Source of the DNA: an uncultured Sulfitobacter sp.
Lineage (GTDB): Bacteria; Pseudomonadota; Alphaproteobacteria; Rhodobacterales; Rhodobacteraceae
Assembly (NCBI GenBank): GCA_937138475.1
Contig: CAKZPD010000015.1
Span: forward strand, 6,256 to 70,255
Direction: 5' to 3'
Length of the DNA stretch: 64,000 bases
Shown here piece after piece: positions 9,006-17,920 of this stretch (the stretch's first letter is position 1; the number at the start of each line of letters is the position of its first letter). The notes beneath the pieces were generated by a model, which worked only from the letters and a program-made list of their open reading frames with translations, was not told where the DNA came from and did not search any database. The translations under genes and the position numbers were made by a program.

Positions 9006-12000
9006 CTAAAGCGCTTTGAAAACGCCGATGATCCGTTTGATGGTGCCTTGTTCATCCGCCTTGCCAAGGCCGATACATTCCACCACCATCATCCGCCCAT
9101 CCCGCCGGATCAAACGATGGGTAAAGCGGAATTCGCCGCCGTTCTTGGTCACGTTTTCGATGTGCTGGCTGACCTTGACGCGGTCATCGGGGTGATAAAA
9201 GTTAATCGCAGTGGTCATATTTGGCACAAAGGCTCTTGGGTCTTCACCATGGATGCGGAACACCTCGTCCGACCAATAAAGGTTAGCGGTGTCCAAATCC
9301 AACGACCAATAACCGGTCTCGGCCAGATTTTGCAGCAAGACAAGCTGTTCGGCCGTGTCCTCGGCCTGACGCTGTGCATCGACAACCGGGGTGACGTCAA
9401 TCGCCACGGAATAGACGGTGCTTTCATGCAAGGATGGGTGTTCGAACACGAAACGTTCGGAATTCATCCAGATCTTGCCGCCGGTTTCCTTGCTGGGAAT
9501 ACAGGCCAGATGGTTGGCGCGCTTGGAACTGCTGCGCAACACCTCAAGATCCTGGGCCTGCACGATCTTGCCCTCTTCCCCGTCAAGGATGTCGTACAGG
9601 TTCTTTCCCTCGGCCTCGCTGCGCGACATGCCCAGCACCCGCGCCGATCGTTCGCTGATGCGCAAAATGGTGCCATCTTTGGCACGGTTCATCATCAAGA
9701 TATGGGTGTTGCTCAGCAACAGGTCCAGTTCCTGCGCCAGTCCGGGGAATTCAGCCACCACCATCGTGACCCCTTTGACCTGTTCGCGCGCGTCGAAAAA
9801 CGGCGAACACATCATCTTGACGCGCGCGCCGTTGCTGGTGAATTCGCGCAGCATGGATGTTTTTTGCTGCATGGCCGCGTTACACAGCGGCGCAAGGGCA
9901 GGATAATTGGCCGGCACGGCGCATTGGCTGACATGCATCGACATCAGCGGCCGCTCAAGCTGAAACAGCTCGGTTGCGGCATTGGTCGCCTGCGTCACCT
10001 GAAGGGCGGTGTCCAGAACCAAGATCGCCAGCGGCGCGGTTTCCAGAACCGAGATCAGCTCGCCTGTGCGGCCGCTCAGCTCGGCCGCGGTGATCTGAAG
10101 CTCTTCGTTGACGGTGATCAGCTCTTCGTTGGTGGATTGCAGCTCCTCGTTCGAGGTTTCAAGCTCTTCGTTGGTGGCTTGCAATTCCTCGTTTGTGGAT
10201 TGCATTTCCTCGCTTAGCGATTGCAATTCCTCGTTCGAGGTTTCCAATTCCTGAATGGTTTGCTGCAAGGCCTCGCGGGTGTTTGACAGCTCTGTTTCAA
10301 GAAAGCTGATCCGTTCGGCCGCGCCCTGCTCTGAAACGCTCAGCCGGGCCAGATTGGTGGTTTTCTTTGGTTCTGGGTCCAGTTGTTCAAAAACGATCAA
10401 CGCCAGGCGTTCGTTGATTTCCTTGGCCAAAATCGGTTGCACCAGCAGACGCAGATCTTTTTCGTCTGTTTCATTCAACTTGTGGCGCATCCCGATGCGG
10501 CGGTCTTCGTTTTTAAATGCCAGGGTGATCAGGGTCCGGGCCTCTTCGCGCAGGGGGCGGCGCAGCAAATCCATGTGGATTTTCAAGGCGCTGTCGCCGC
10601 TGACCTCGACATAGGGGCTGATGTCGCCATACACCCGGACGATGGAATATTCATCGGTGACCAAAACCGAATTCTTGCCCAATGATTGCGCCAGCGCCTC
10701 GAACATCTGCCGGTCTGTCGATGGGCTGGGCACCGGTGCTTTGGCGCGGGCGCGCGGGGTAAAAACCGAATTGCCGGCACGGGTTCCCATCGGCGCTTGC
10801 GGGCGCCGCAAATAGCGCTTGCGATAGATATGCATCGCCGCGCCATGTTGGCTAAAGAGCTCATCCGAGCCCGAAACATTTTCAGCGGTTCCCAAAAACA
10901 ACAACGAGGAATCGGTCATGGAATAATTGAACCTTGTCATGACCTTGCGTTGCAATGCGACACCAAAATAGATCAACAAATTGCGGCAGCACAACAGGTC
11001 GATGCGCTGAAAAGGCGGCGCGTGACAGACGTTGTGTTCGGAAAACAAGATGGCGCTGCGCAGGTTGTCGATGGCCCGGATGGTGTCATTTTCCCGGATA
11101 AAATATTTGTCTGCCAATCCTTTGGGCAGATCATTCAACGCCGATTCGCTGTAAACGCCGCGCCGGGCCACGGCCAGGGCATCGCGGTCAATATCCGTGG
11201 CATAGATCTGCACATGGTCGCTTAGGTCGATCTTGGGGCCGCCCAGGGCCTCGGACAGTAAAATCGCGATGGAATAGGCCTCTTCCCCCGTGGCGCAACC
11301 GCTGATCCACACCCGAAGCGGCTTGTGATCACATTTTTCAATCAGCTCAGGAAGATGCTTTTCCAGCTGATCAAATTCACTGCGATCGCGGAAAAACCGG
11401 GTGACGGATATCAACAGTTCCTTGAACAGATCATCAACCGCCTGCGGGTTTTCGCGGCAATGTTGGGTATAGGTGTCGATATCTTCGATGCCCAACGCCA
11501 CCATACGCCGTTCAATCCGCCGATTGACGGTCGATTGCTTGTATTCACTGAAATCAACGCGGGTGCGCGCGTATAAAATCTCAAGCAGTTGGTCAATCTG
11601 GCTCGGCTCGCCGGTGCCTTTGCGATAGGTGGTGAAATCACGCGGCGAGGTCAGGATTTTGCGCAGATGTTTGCCAATGGCATCGGGCGGTAAAATCAAA
11701 TCAATACAACCGGTTTGCACAGCGGTGGCCGGCATCCCGTCATATTTGGCGGTATCGCTGTCCTGGGCGATGGTGATCCCGCCCGCCTCGCGGATGGCGC
11801 GCACCCCATAGGCGCCATCGGTGCCGGTGCCCGACAAAATCACCGCCACCGATTTTTCACCGTGTTTCTCGGCAAGGCTTAGCAAAAACCGATCAACCGA
11901 TGGTTTGGGCGTTGATACCTTCAGGCTGGGTTTGACCAGCCACAGCTTGCCTTCGTCAAAGATCACATCGGTTTTGGGCGGGGTGATATAGATGACATTG

Positions 12001-12227
12001 GCTTGCGGCATTGTGCCATCAGTGATGGTTTCCACCTTCAAAGACGTTTGCCGCCCCACCAGTTCGGCCATCAGGCTTTTGTGATTGGGCGACATATGCT
12101 GCACGATGACATAGGCCACCGGCATATTGGATGGCACGGTTGACACCAGTTCCCTCAGGGCCTCAAGCCCGCCCGCAGATGAGCCAATGCCAATAATCGT
12201 CAGGCTGCTACTGTCTTGTTCGCTCAT
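9006..12227 (-). CDS. CheB-methylesterase / CheR-methyltransferase fusion protein with coiled coil and about three C-terminal PAS domains; no recognisable output domain
   Basis: It has a CheB-like N-terminus (IIGIGSSAGGLEAL, VILSGTGTDG), a CheR SAM-methyltransferase region (VWISGCATGEEAYSIA), NEELQ heptad repeats and PAS-like segments running to the C-terminus. The ATG at 12227 has a GGGAGA RBS; the track start at 12263 is a TTG. Confidence 0.85.
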   Translation of the reverse strand: MSEQDSSSLTIIGIGSSAGGLEALRELVSTVPSNMPVAYVIVQHMSPNHKSLMAELVGRQTSLKVETITDGTMPQANVIYITPPKTDVIFDEGKLWLVKPSLKVSTPKPSVDRFLLSLAEKHGEKSVAVILSGTGTDGAYGVRAIREAGGITIAQDSDTAKYDGMPATAVQTGCIDLILPPDAIGKHLRKILTSPRDFTTYRKGTGEPSQIDQLLEILYARTRVDFSEYKQSTVNRRIERRMVALGIEDIDTYTQHCRENPQAVDDLFKELLISVTRFFRDRSEFDQLEKHLPELIEKCDHKPLRVWISGCATGEEAYSIAILLSEALGGPKIDLSDHVQIYATDIDRDALAVARRGVYSESALNDLPKGLADKYFIRENDTIRAIDNLRSAILFSEHNVCHAPPFQRIDLLCCRNLLIYFGVALQRKVMTRFNYSMTDSSLLFLGTAENVSGSDELFSQHGAAMHIYRKRYLRRPQAPMGTRAGNSVFTPRARAKAPVPSPSTDRQMFEALAQSLGKNSVLVTDEYSIVRVYGDISPYVEVSGDSALKIHMDLLRRPLREEARTLITLAFKNEDRRIGMRHKLNETDEKDLRLLVQPILAKEINERLALIVFEQLDPEPKKTTNLARLSVSEQGAAERISFLETELSNTREALQQTIQELETSNEELQSLSEEMQSTNEELQATNEELETSNEELQSTNEELITVNEELQITAAELSGRTGELISVLETAPLAILVLDTALQVTQATNAATELFQLERPLMSMHVSQCAVPANYPALAPLCNAAMQQKTSMLREFTSNGARVKMMCSPFFDAREQVKGVTMVVAEFPGLAQELDLLLSNTHILMMNRAKDGTILRISERSARVLGMSRSEAEGKNLYDILDGEEGKIVQAQDLEVLRSSSKRANHLACIPSKETGGKIWMNSERFVFEHPSLHESTVYSVAIDVTPVVDAQRQAEDTAEQLVLLQNLAETGYWSLDLDTANLYWSDEVFRIHGEDPRAFVPNMTTAINFYHPDDRVKVSQHIENVTKNGGEFRFTHRLIRRDGRMMVVECIGLGKADEQGTIKRIIGVFKAL
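10101..10247 (-). repeat. Seven tandem 21-bp units encoding the (S/T)NEELQx heptad coiled coil of the CheB-CheR-PAS protein
   Basis: The plus strand reads ctcttcgttgacggtgatcag / ctcttcgttggtggattgcag / ctcctcgttcgaggtttcaag and so on for seven units. The repeat is in frame and coding, and is a known hallmark of this protein family. Confidence 0.85.
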
Positions 12228-12470
12228 CGAATTCTCCCACCTACGCGTATTAGTGTTATTCAAAACAACTTTAAGAAGTGTTAAACTTTCTACATTTATC
12301 TTAAAGTTGATTATACTTTGCTGTCGAGATGTTGATATTCTGACCCCAACTGGGACGTGGAACAGTTATGAGAATGTTAAGCGCGGTCATGGCGAACTGT
12401 CGGCTAACGGTTTCAGGGCGCGAGCTGTGATAGCAATGGGACGTTGGCGAAATGATCGTGGGACAAAACA

Positions 12471-13136
12471 ATGACGGCCCGTAAAACAAATTTCCAAATG
12501 TCCTCTGATTTGTCGGGGCGTCAAATGTTCCTGAATCTGGCGATTCAGGAAAACGGCCGAATCTATGTGCGCTCGTGCGAGATCGTCGGCCCCAAGTTCC
12601 GCACCCGCACATCGTTTCATGATCTAAGCGACATTGATGACATCTTGATGCCGCAACTGGCCGAAACGGTTAAGGACTGTCTGAAGGAAATGCCCGAAGG
12701 GTCGCAGGTGGTATCCCTGCCCGAGCTGTTCGTCGAAATGCCGGGTCTGGTGCTGTCCAGCGCGCATGTTCTGGTGATGACGGTCAATGATGGGGTGCGC
12801 CATGCGATTGTGCGCTTTAAGGAATTTCTGGGCGCGGTGAACCGGGCCTTTTTGCCGCAGATCGGCTTTCAGGATTCGATCCTGACCTATAACGAACGGC
12901 TGGCCACCAATATCCTGCGCGAAGTTTGCCTGCCGATCCTGAACATGTGCCGCGAGCTAGAGTTCGTGGACAAAGGCGCCGGCAATTTTCCGAAACGGTT
13001 GGCCGAGCGCTCGAACGAGTTCGAATTCCAGACCGAGCTGCTTAAACGATATATCCGCAGCACCTCGCCCGCCGATACAGAAGAGCGCAAAAAGATTGCC
13101 AATGAAAATCAAAAGCGCCTTGGCGATGATGGCTAA
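12471..13136 (+). CDS. Hypothetical protein (orphan, no motif recognised)
   Basis: 221-aa ORF with coding-like composition but lower GC than its surroundings. It is divergent from the CheB-CheR-PAS gene across an AT-rich spacer. The start is uncertain (ATGs at 12471, 12498 and 12525). Confidence 0.55.
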   Translation: MTARKTNFQMSSDLSGRQMFLNLAIQENGRIYVRSCEIVGPKFRTRTSFHDLSDIDDILMPQLAETVKDCLKEMPEGSQVVSLPELFVEMPGLVLSSAHVLVMTVNDGVRHAIVRFKEFLGAVNRAFLPQIGFQDSILTYNERLATNILREVCLPILNMCRELEFVDKGAGNFPKRLAERSNEFEFQTELLKRYIRSTSPADTEERKKIANENQKRLGDDG

Positions 13137-13370
13137 AATTTGAAAAATCCGCCTTGTTTACGGCAGATATCGGTCACAGAATATTTGTGTCTTTCCACTA
13201 GGGTCGGGGCAATGCCCAAGACATTTGGAAAGGTGGACCGCAATGCAACCCGACAAAACCCCAAGCATACCCAAGGCAACCGCCCGGCGCCCGATGCCAC
13301 GGCCAAAGCCGTTGATCACCGATTACGCAAGTCTCTAGCGCCTGAACCGGCTTCGCCGTAAGCTGATCGG

Positions 13371-13703
13371 ATGCAAGAACCGGTCTCAGCCATTCGAAAC
13401 ATAGGCCCAGCCCTTGAGAAAGAGTTTTCCAAGGCGGGGCTTTCCTTTGCGCAGCAGGTGCGCGATTTGGGTGCGGATGCGGCCTATGCCTTGCTGCTTG
13501 CCCATGGGGTGCGCCCACATTTCATCGGATATTACGCGCTGGTTATGGGGCTTCAGGGCAGGCCGTGGAACGATTGCCAAGGCAGCGAAAAGCAGGATCT
13601 GCGCAAAAGGTTTGACAAGATCAAAGCCGCGTCGATCAAGGCGCCCGCCGGGCAAGGCGAATTTGAACGCATGATGGATCAGATCGGCATCATTGAACGG
13701 TAA
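13371..13703 (+). CDS. TfoX/Sxy C-terminal-domain protein
   Basis: 110 aa. IRNIGPALEKEFSKAGLSFAQQVRDLGADAAYALL resembles the helix-hairpin-helix TfoX_C domain. There is no TfoX N-domain. Confidence 0.7.
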   Translation: MQEPVSAIRNIGPALEKEFSKAGLSFAQQVRDLGADAAYALLLAHGVRPHFIGYYALVMGLQGRPWNDCQGSEKQDLRKRFDKIKAASIKAPAGQGEFERMMDQIGIIER

Positions 13704-13714
13704 GCAAATATCAA

Positions 13715-13750
13715 ACCAAACAAAAAGGCCGCCCGAAATGGGGCGGCCTT
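13715..13750 (-). terminator. Rho-independent terminator of ndk (may also serve tfoX-like gene)
   Basis: A perfect 10-bp stem (AAGGCCGCCC/GGGCGGCCTT, 13725-13734/13741-13750) with a 6-nt loop. On the minus strand it is followed by a T-rich run. Confidence 0.75.
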
Positions 13751-13770
13751 GAGTTTAACGGGGTGCGATA

Positions 13771-14193
13771 TTAGCCGACCAGCTCAAGCCCGGAAAAGAA
13801 ATACGCGATTTCCACGGCGGCTGTTTCCGGTGCATCGGATCCATGAACCGAGTTTTCGCCAACGCTCTGGGCGAATTCGGCGCGGATGGTGCCGGGGGCC
13901 GCATCGGCAGGGTTGGTCGCGCCCATCACTTCGCGGTTCTTGGCAATGGCGCCTTCGCCTTCCAGAACCTGAACAACAACCGGCGCCGAGGCCATGAATT
14001 CGCACAGTTCGTCATAGAACGGGCGTTCGGCGTGCACGGCATAGAAAACGCCGGCTTGGGCTTTGGTCATGTGAATGCGCTTTTGCGCAACGATGCGCAG
14101 GCCGGCGTCTTCGAATTTGGCGTTGATTTTGCCGGTCAGATTGCGGGCGGTTGCATCGGGTTTGATGATCGAAAAGGTGCGCTCAAGGGCCAT
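13771..14193 (-). CDS. ndk: Nucleoside diphosphate kinase
   Basis: 140 aa starting [14 protein letters not shown] and containing NSVHGSD. The ATG at 14193 is preceded by an AGGAGA RBS. Confidence 0.95.
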   Translation of the reverse strand: MALERTFSIIKPDATARNLTGKINAKFEDAGLRIVAQKRIHMTKAQAGVFYAVHAERPFYDELCEFMASAPVVVQVLEGEGAIAKNREVMGATNPADAAPGTIRAEFAQSVGENSVHGSDAPETAAVEIAYFFSGLELVG

Positions 14194-14330
14194 TATTGTT
14201 TCTCCTAAGGGGGCAAAAGCCGTGAATTTCGCGCCCACCTAACATGGGATTTGCGCCATGAAAAGCCGTGATTACCGGGTTTTGAAACAGGGTGGTTGAC
14301 GGGCCGGTTGCAATGGGGCATCCGCCTTGC

Positions 14331-16181
14331 ATGTTACGCATTTCAGACATCAGCTATTCCGTCGAAGGCCGCCCCCTGCTTGAGGGCGCCTCAGCCACAA
14401 TTCCCGAAGGCCACAAAGTTGGCCTGATCGGCCGAAACGGTGCGGGAAAAACCACACTTTTCAAGCTGATACGCGGGGAAATTGCGCTGGATGGCGGGGC
14501 CATTTCGTTGCCATCCAAGGCCAAGATCGGCGGCGTCGCCCAAGAGGTGCCCTCGTCTGCTACCTCGTTGCTGGATACCGTGCTTGAGGCCGATACAGAG
14601 CGCGCCGCGCTGATGCGCGAGGCCGACCACGCCACCGATCCGGCCCGCATTGCTGAAATCCAGACCCGTCTGGCCGATATCGACGCCTGGTCGGCCGAGG
14701 CGCGCGCCGCCACGATTTTGAAGGGGCTTGGCTTTGATGATGCCCAGCAATTGCTGCCCTGTTCGGATTTTTCCGGTGGCTGGCGTATGCGCGTGGCGCT
14801 GGCGGCGGTCTTGTTTGCCCAGCCTGATCTGCTGCTGCTTGATGAACCGACCAACTATCTTGATCTGGAAGGCGCGCTGTGGCTCGAGGCGTATCTGGCC
14901 AAATATCCCCATACAGTCATCATCATCAGCCACGATCGCGGCTTGTTGAACCGGGCGGTCGGGGCGATTTTGCATTTGGACGAACGGCGCCTGACCTATT
15001 ATCAGGGCCCCTATGACCAATTCGCCCGTCAGCGCGCCGAACAGCGCGCGGTGCAGGCGGCGATGGCCAAGAAACAACAGGCCCGGCGCGATCATATGCA
15101 AGCCTTTGTCGATCGCTTCAAGGCCAAGGCATCCAAGGCCAAACAGGCGCAATCGCGGCTGAAGATGATTGAAAAGATGGATATGATCGCCTCGCCCGAG
15201 CAGGCGGCGAAACGGGTCTTTACCTTTCCCGAACCAGAAGAGCTGTCGCCCCCGATCATCAGCATCGAAGGCGGGGCGGTTGGCTATGGCGGTGATCCGG
15301 TTCTGGCCCGCCTGAACCTGCGGATTGACCAAGACGACCGTATCGCGTTGCTGGGCAAGAACGGTCAGGGCAAATCGACCCTGTCCAAATTGCTGTCGAA
15401 CCGGCTGACGTTGATGTCCGGAAAAGAGGTGCGTTCCAACAAGCTGCGGATCGGTTTTTTCGCACAACATCAAGTGGATGAGCTGCACATAGACGAAACG
15501 CCCCTGGCGCATATGATTTCCGCCCGCCCCGGCGTGCTGCATTCCAAGCTGCGGGCGCAATTGGCCGGTTTCGGCCTTGGCCCCGATCAGGCCGAAACCG
15601 AGGTCGGGCGCCTGTCGGGTGGGCAAAAGGCGCGGCTTTCGCTGTTGCTGGCCACATTGGATGCGCCGCATCTGTTGATCCTGGACGAGCCAACCAACCA
15701 CCTGGACATCGAATCCCGCGAGGCCCTGGTCGAGGCGCTGACCCGCTATTCCGGGGCGGTGATCCTTGTCAGCCACGATATGCACCTTTTGTCGATGGTC
15801 GCCGACCGGCTTTGGCTGGTGTCGAATGGCACGGTCAAACCCTTTGAGGACGATCTTGAGGCCTATCGCAAGATGTTGCTGACCCCGGACAAGCCGGTCA
15901 GCAAATCGGCGCCAAAGCCGGCCCCTGCCCCCAAGCGCGCCAGCCGCGAGGATATTCTGGCGCTGCGCTCTGAGGTGCGCAAATCCGAGGCCCGCGTCGA
16001 CAAGCTGAACCAGATGCGTGACAAACTGGCCAGCAAACTGGCAGATCCGGCCCTGTATGAAGACAGCAAAACCGGAGAGCTGGCGGTCTGGAACAAGAAA
16101 TATGCCGAAGTGATGGACGCGCTTGAGCGCGCCGAATCCCTTTGGGTCAGCGCCTTGGAAAAGCTGGAAACCGCCCAGTAA
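14331..16181 (+). CDS. ABC-F family ATPase (translation-associated, no membrane domain)
   Basis: Two ABC cassettes (GRNGAGKTT and GKNGQGKST Walker A motifs, LSGG signatures) with a charged linker and a C-terminal coiled coil. Confidence 0.9.
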   Translation: MLRISDISYSVEGRPLLEGASATIPEGHKVGLIGRNGAGKTTLFKLIRGEIALDGGAISLPSKAKIGGVAQEVPSSATSLLDTVLEADTERAALMREADHATDPARIAEIQTRLADIDAWSAEARAATILKGLGFDDAQQLLPCSDFSGGWRMRVALAAVLFAQPDLLLLDEPTNYLDLEGALWLEAYLAKYPHTVIIISHDRGLLNRAVGAILHLDERRLTYYQGPYDQFARQRAEQRAVQAAMAKKQQARRDHMQAFVDRFKAKASKAKQAQSRLKMIEKMDMIASPEQAAKRVFTFPEPEELSPPIISIEGGAVGYGGDPVLARLNLRIDQDDRIALLGKNGQGKSTLSKLLSNRLTLMSGKEVRSNKLRIGFFAQHQVDELHIDETPLAHMISARPGVLHSKLRAQLAGFGLGPDQAETEVGRLSGGQKARLSLLLATLDAPHLLILDEPTNHLDIESREALVEALTRYSGAVILVSHDMHLLSMVADRLWLVSNGTVKPFEDDLEAYRKMLLTPDKPVSKSAPKPAPAPKRASREDILALRSEVRKSEARVDKLNQMRDKLASKLADPALYEDSKTGELAVWNKKYAEVMDALERAESLWVSALEKLETAQ

Positions 16182-16192
16182 GGAACCCCGCA

Positions 16193-16822
16193 ATGATCAT
16201 TGATACCGCCTTTTTGATCACCGCCTTTGTCACAATGTTTGTGGTGATTGACCCGATTGGCCTTGCGCCGCTTTTTGTTGCGCTGACCCAAGGGATGTCA
16301 TTTGCCGCCCGCCGGAAAATCGCAGTGCGGGCCTGTTTGGTTGCCATTGCCATCTTGTTGATTTTTGCGTTGTTCGGCGATGCGGTCTTGGCCTTTGCCG
16401 GCATTTCGATGGCCGCTTTTCGGGTTTCGGGCGGGGCGCTGTTGTTTCTGACCGCGCTTGACATGTTGTTTGAACGGCGCAGCAAACGCCGCGAGGACCA
16501 AACCGAAGAAGAGCACAACGACCCTTCGGTTTTTCCGTTGGCGATACCGCTTATTGCCGGGCCTGGGGCGATTGCGTCGATTGTCTTGTTGGTTGGGCAA
16601 CGGCCCGGTCTGGATGGTCTGGTCATGGTTATGGGCGTCAGCTTTGCCGTGTTAGGCATTGTTATGGCGCTATTTTTGTCCAGCGCGCTGATCGAAAGGG
16701 CGTTGGGTAAAACCGGTATCACCGTGATCAGCCGCCTGTTGGGAATGTTGCTTGCCGCGCTGTCGGTGCAATTCATTCTGGACGGGTTGCGCGCCTTTGG
16801 CTTTGCCTCGGGTCTTGGGTAA
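16193..16822 (+). CDS. MarC family (UPF0056) integral membrane protein
   Basis: About 209 aa multi-pass membrane protein starting MIIDTAFLITAFVTMFVVIDPIG, which is typical of the family. An AGGAA RBS precedes the ATG at 16193. Confidence 0.8.
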   Translation: MIIDTAFLITAFVTMFVVIDPIGLAPLFVALTQGMSFAARRKIAVRACLVAIAILLIFALFGDAVLAFAGISMAAFRVSGGALLFLTALDMLFERRSKRREDQTEEEHNDPSVFPLAIPLIAGPGAIASIVLLVGQRPGLDGLVMVMGVSFAVLGIVMALFLSSALIERALGKTGITVISRLLGMLLAALSVQFILDGLRAFGFASGLG

Positions 16823-16876
16823 GCAGCCGGCGCGGCCTATATTCCACAAGGGACGGCAGAAAAGGCACAAACCCAA

Positions 16877-17458
16877 ATGGAGAACCCGGATTTTGCACGG
16901 TTGGTTTATCTTGGCATCATCGCGGTGGTGCTGATTGGATGGTTTGTCGCCCAGGCGCGCGCGTCTTTGAACAAAACCTTGCAACAGGCCAGCATCTGGG
17001 GGCTGATCTTTTTGGGCGTTATTGCTGCGGTCGGGTTGTGGCAGGATATCTCGCAGACGCTGCGGCCCCGGCAAATCGCGCTGGCATCCGGTCAGGTAAT
17101 CGAGGTGCCGCGCCACAGGGATGGGCATTATTATCTGCGCCTCAGGGTCAACGACGCGCCTGTTGAATTTGTGGTGGATACCGGGGCCACCAATATGGTC
17201 CTGACCCAAAAAGACGCGCGCGCGGCGGGGTTGGAGCCGGCCACGCTGAATTATTTTGGCCGGGCCAACACCGCCAACGGTCAGGTGCAAACCGCGCCTG
17301 TGGTGCTGAAATCGGTTCGGCTTGGCGAAATCACGGATCACGATGTCCCGGCCACGGTGAATCGCGCGCCAATGGGGCAATCGCTGCTTGGCATGGGCTA
17401 TCTTGAGCGCTGGGGCCAGATTGAGATCACCCAAGGCACGTTGCGCCTTAGCCGTTAA
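16877..17458 (+). CDS. Membrane-anchored retropepsin-like (clan AA) aspartic protease
   Basis: It has N-terminal TM helices followed by the VVDTGATNMVLT active-site motif. Confidence 0.8.
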   Translation: MENPDFARLVYLGIIAVVLIGWFVAQARASLNKTLQQASIWGLIFLGVIAAVGLWQDISQTLRPRQIALASGQVIEVPRHRDGHYYLRLRVNDAPVEFVVDTGATNMVLTQKDARAAGLEPATLNYFGRANTANGQVQTAPVVLKSVRLGEITDHDVPATVNRAPMGQSLLGMGYLERWGQIEITQGTLRLSR

Positions 17459-17904
17459 TTCGTCTTGGCCTTCATTTCCCAGCGGCCCGAATCCTCGGAC
17501 CAATACTGGGCCTCGCAGCCGGCGTTCTTGACCGCCAGCCATTGCGCCCGCGCCTTGTTCACCGCTGCGTCATCCGTGCCATCGAACAAGACGCAAAGGC
17601 GCTCAAGCCCGGCGATTTCCGCCGGATCCAGATCGGCGCCGTCGATGGTCATGACGCATTGTGGCCCATTGGGCGCCGCCGCGTCACAGGTCAACAAAAC
17701 CGGTTGATGCCGATCATGGGGGCCGCCCGCCACACCATGCGCCAAAAAGCTGTCGTCGGGGCCAAGCCACAGCGCGGCGTCCAGCGCTTGCATCCGGGCC
17801 GGGGTGGTGCCGCGCACGGCCACGCGCCACCCGGCGCCTTGGGCCTTGCCCACAAGCATCCGCAGCGTGTCCTCAAGCGGGCGCTGGGTCAGGTGATAAA
17901 ACAT
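17455..17904 (-). CDS. holC: DNA polymerase III chi subunit
   Basis: 149 aa starting MFYHLTQRPLEDTL. Its position beside pepA is conserved. Its stop overlaps the convergent protease stop (TTAA). Confidence 0.85.
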   Translation of the reverse strand: MFYHLTQRPLEDTLRMLVGKAQGAGWRVAVRGTTPARMQALDAALWLGPDDSFLAHGVAGGPHDRHQPVLLTCDAAAPNGPQCVMTIDGADLDPAEIAGLERLCVLFDGTDDAAVNKARAQWLAVKNAGCEAQYWSEDSGRWEMKAKTN

Positions 17905-17920
17905 GGCCGTGCCCATGGGG

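Noticed and set aside
10101-10247. Tandem 21-bp repeats considered as a possible CRISPR or VNTR locus.
   Set aside because: They are in frame inside the CheB-CheR-PAS gene and encode the NEELQ heptad coiled coil characteristic of that family. There are no spacers, and no cas genes are present in the window.
12266-12309. The 10-bp perfect inverted repeat CAACTTTAAG/CTTAAAGTTG in the AT-rich spacer as a stand-alone operator call.
   Set aside because: A few such 10-bp inverted repeats within 50 bp are expected by chance in 64 kb, and more in AT-rich sequence. It is mentioned only as context in the CheB-CheR-PAS finding.
14215-14271. Direct repeat of the 11-mer AAAAGCCGTGA (14215-14225 and 14261-14271) in the ndk/ABC-F divergent spacer.
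   Set aside because: About one or two such 11-mer repeats within 100 bp are expected by chance in a window this size, and there is no further supporting structure.
14391-16193. Very long ORFs antisense to recognised genes. Examples: 14391-16193 (600 aa), 46379-48781 (800 aa), 43904-46138 (744 aa), 21598-23601 (667 aa), 24786-26489 (567 aa), 8913-10217, 40815-42191, 35500-36852, 52524-53603 and 300-1268.
   Set aside because: Each lies opposite a gene with clear family motifs. Their translations are Arg/Gly/Pro/Ala-rich low-complexity sequence, typical of stop-codon-poor antisense frames in high-GC DNA. None has a motif or a plausible RBS.
16179-16200. A 20/22-nt identity between two stop-RBS-start junctions: TAAGGAACCCCGCAATGATCAT at 16179-16200 and TAAGGAACCGCGCAATGATCGT at 56489-56510. 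Both precede small hydrophobic N-termini (MIID.. / MIVI..).
   Set aside because: A back-of-envelope estimate gives roughly 0.5 such 20/22 matches expected by chance among all position pairs in a 64-kb window. About half the positions are also constrained by the stop, RBS and ATG, and similarity decays immediately outside. This is most likely coincidence.
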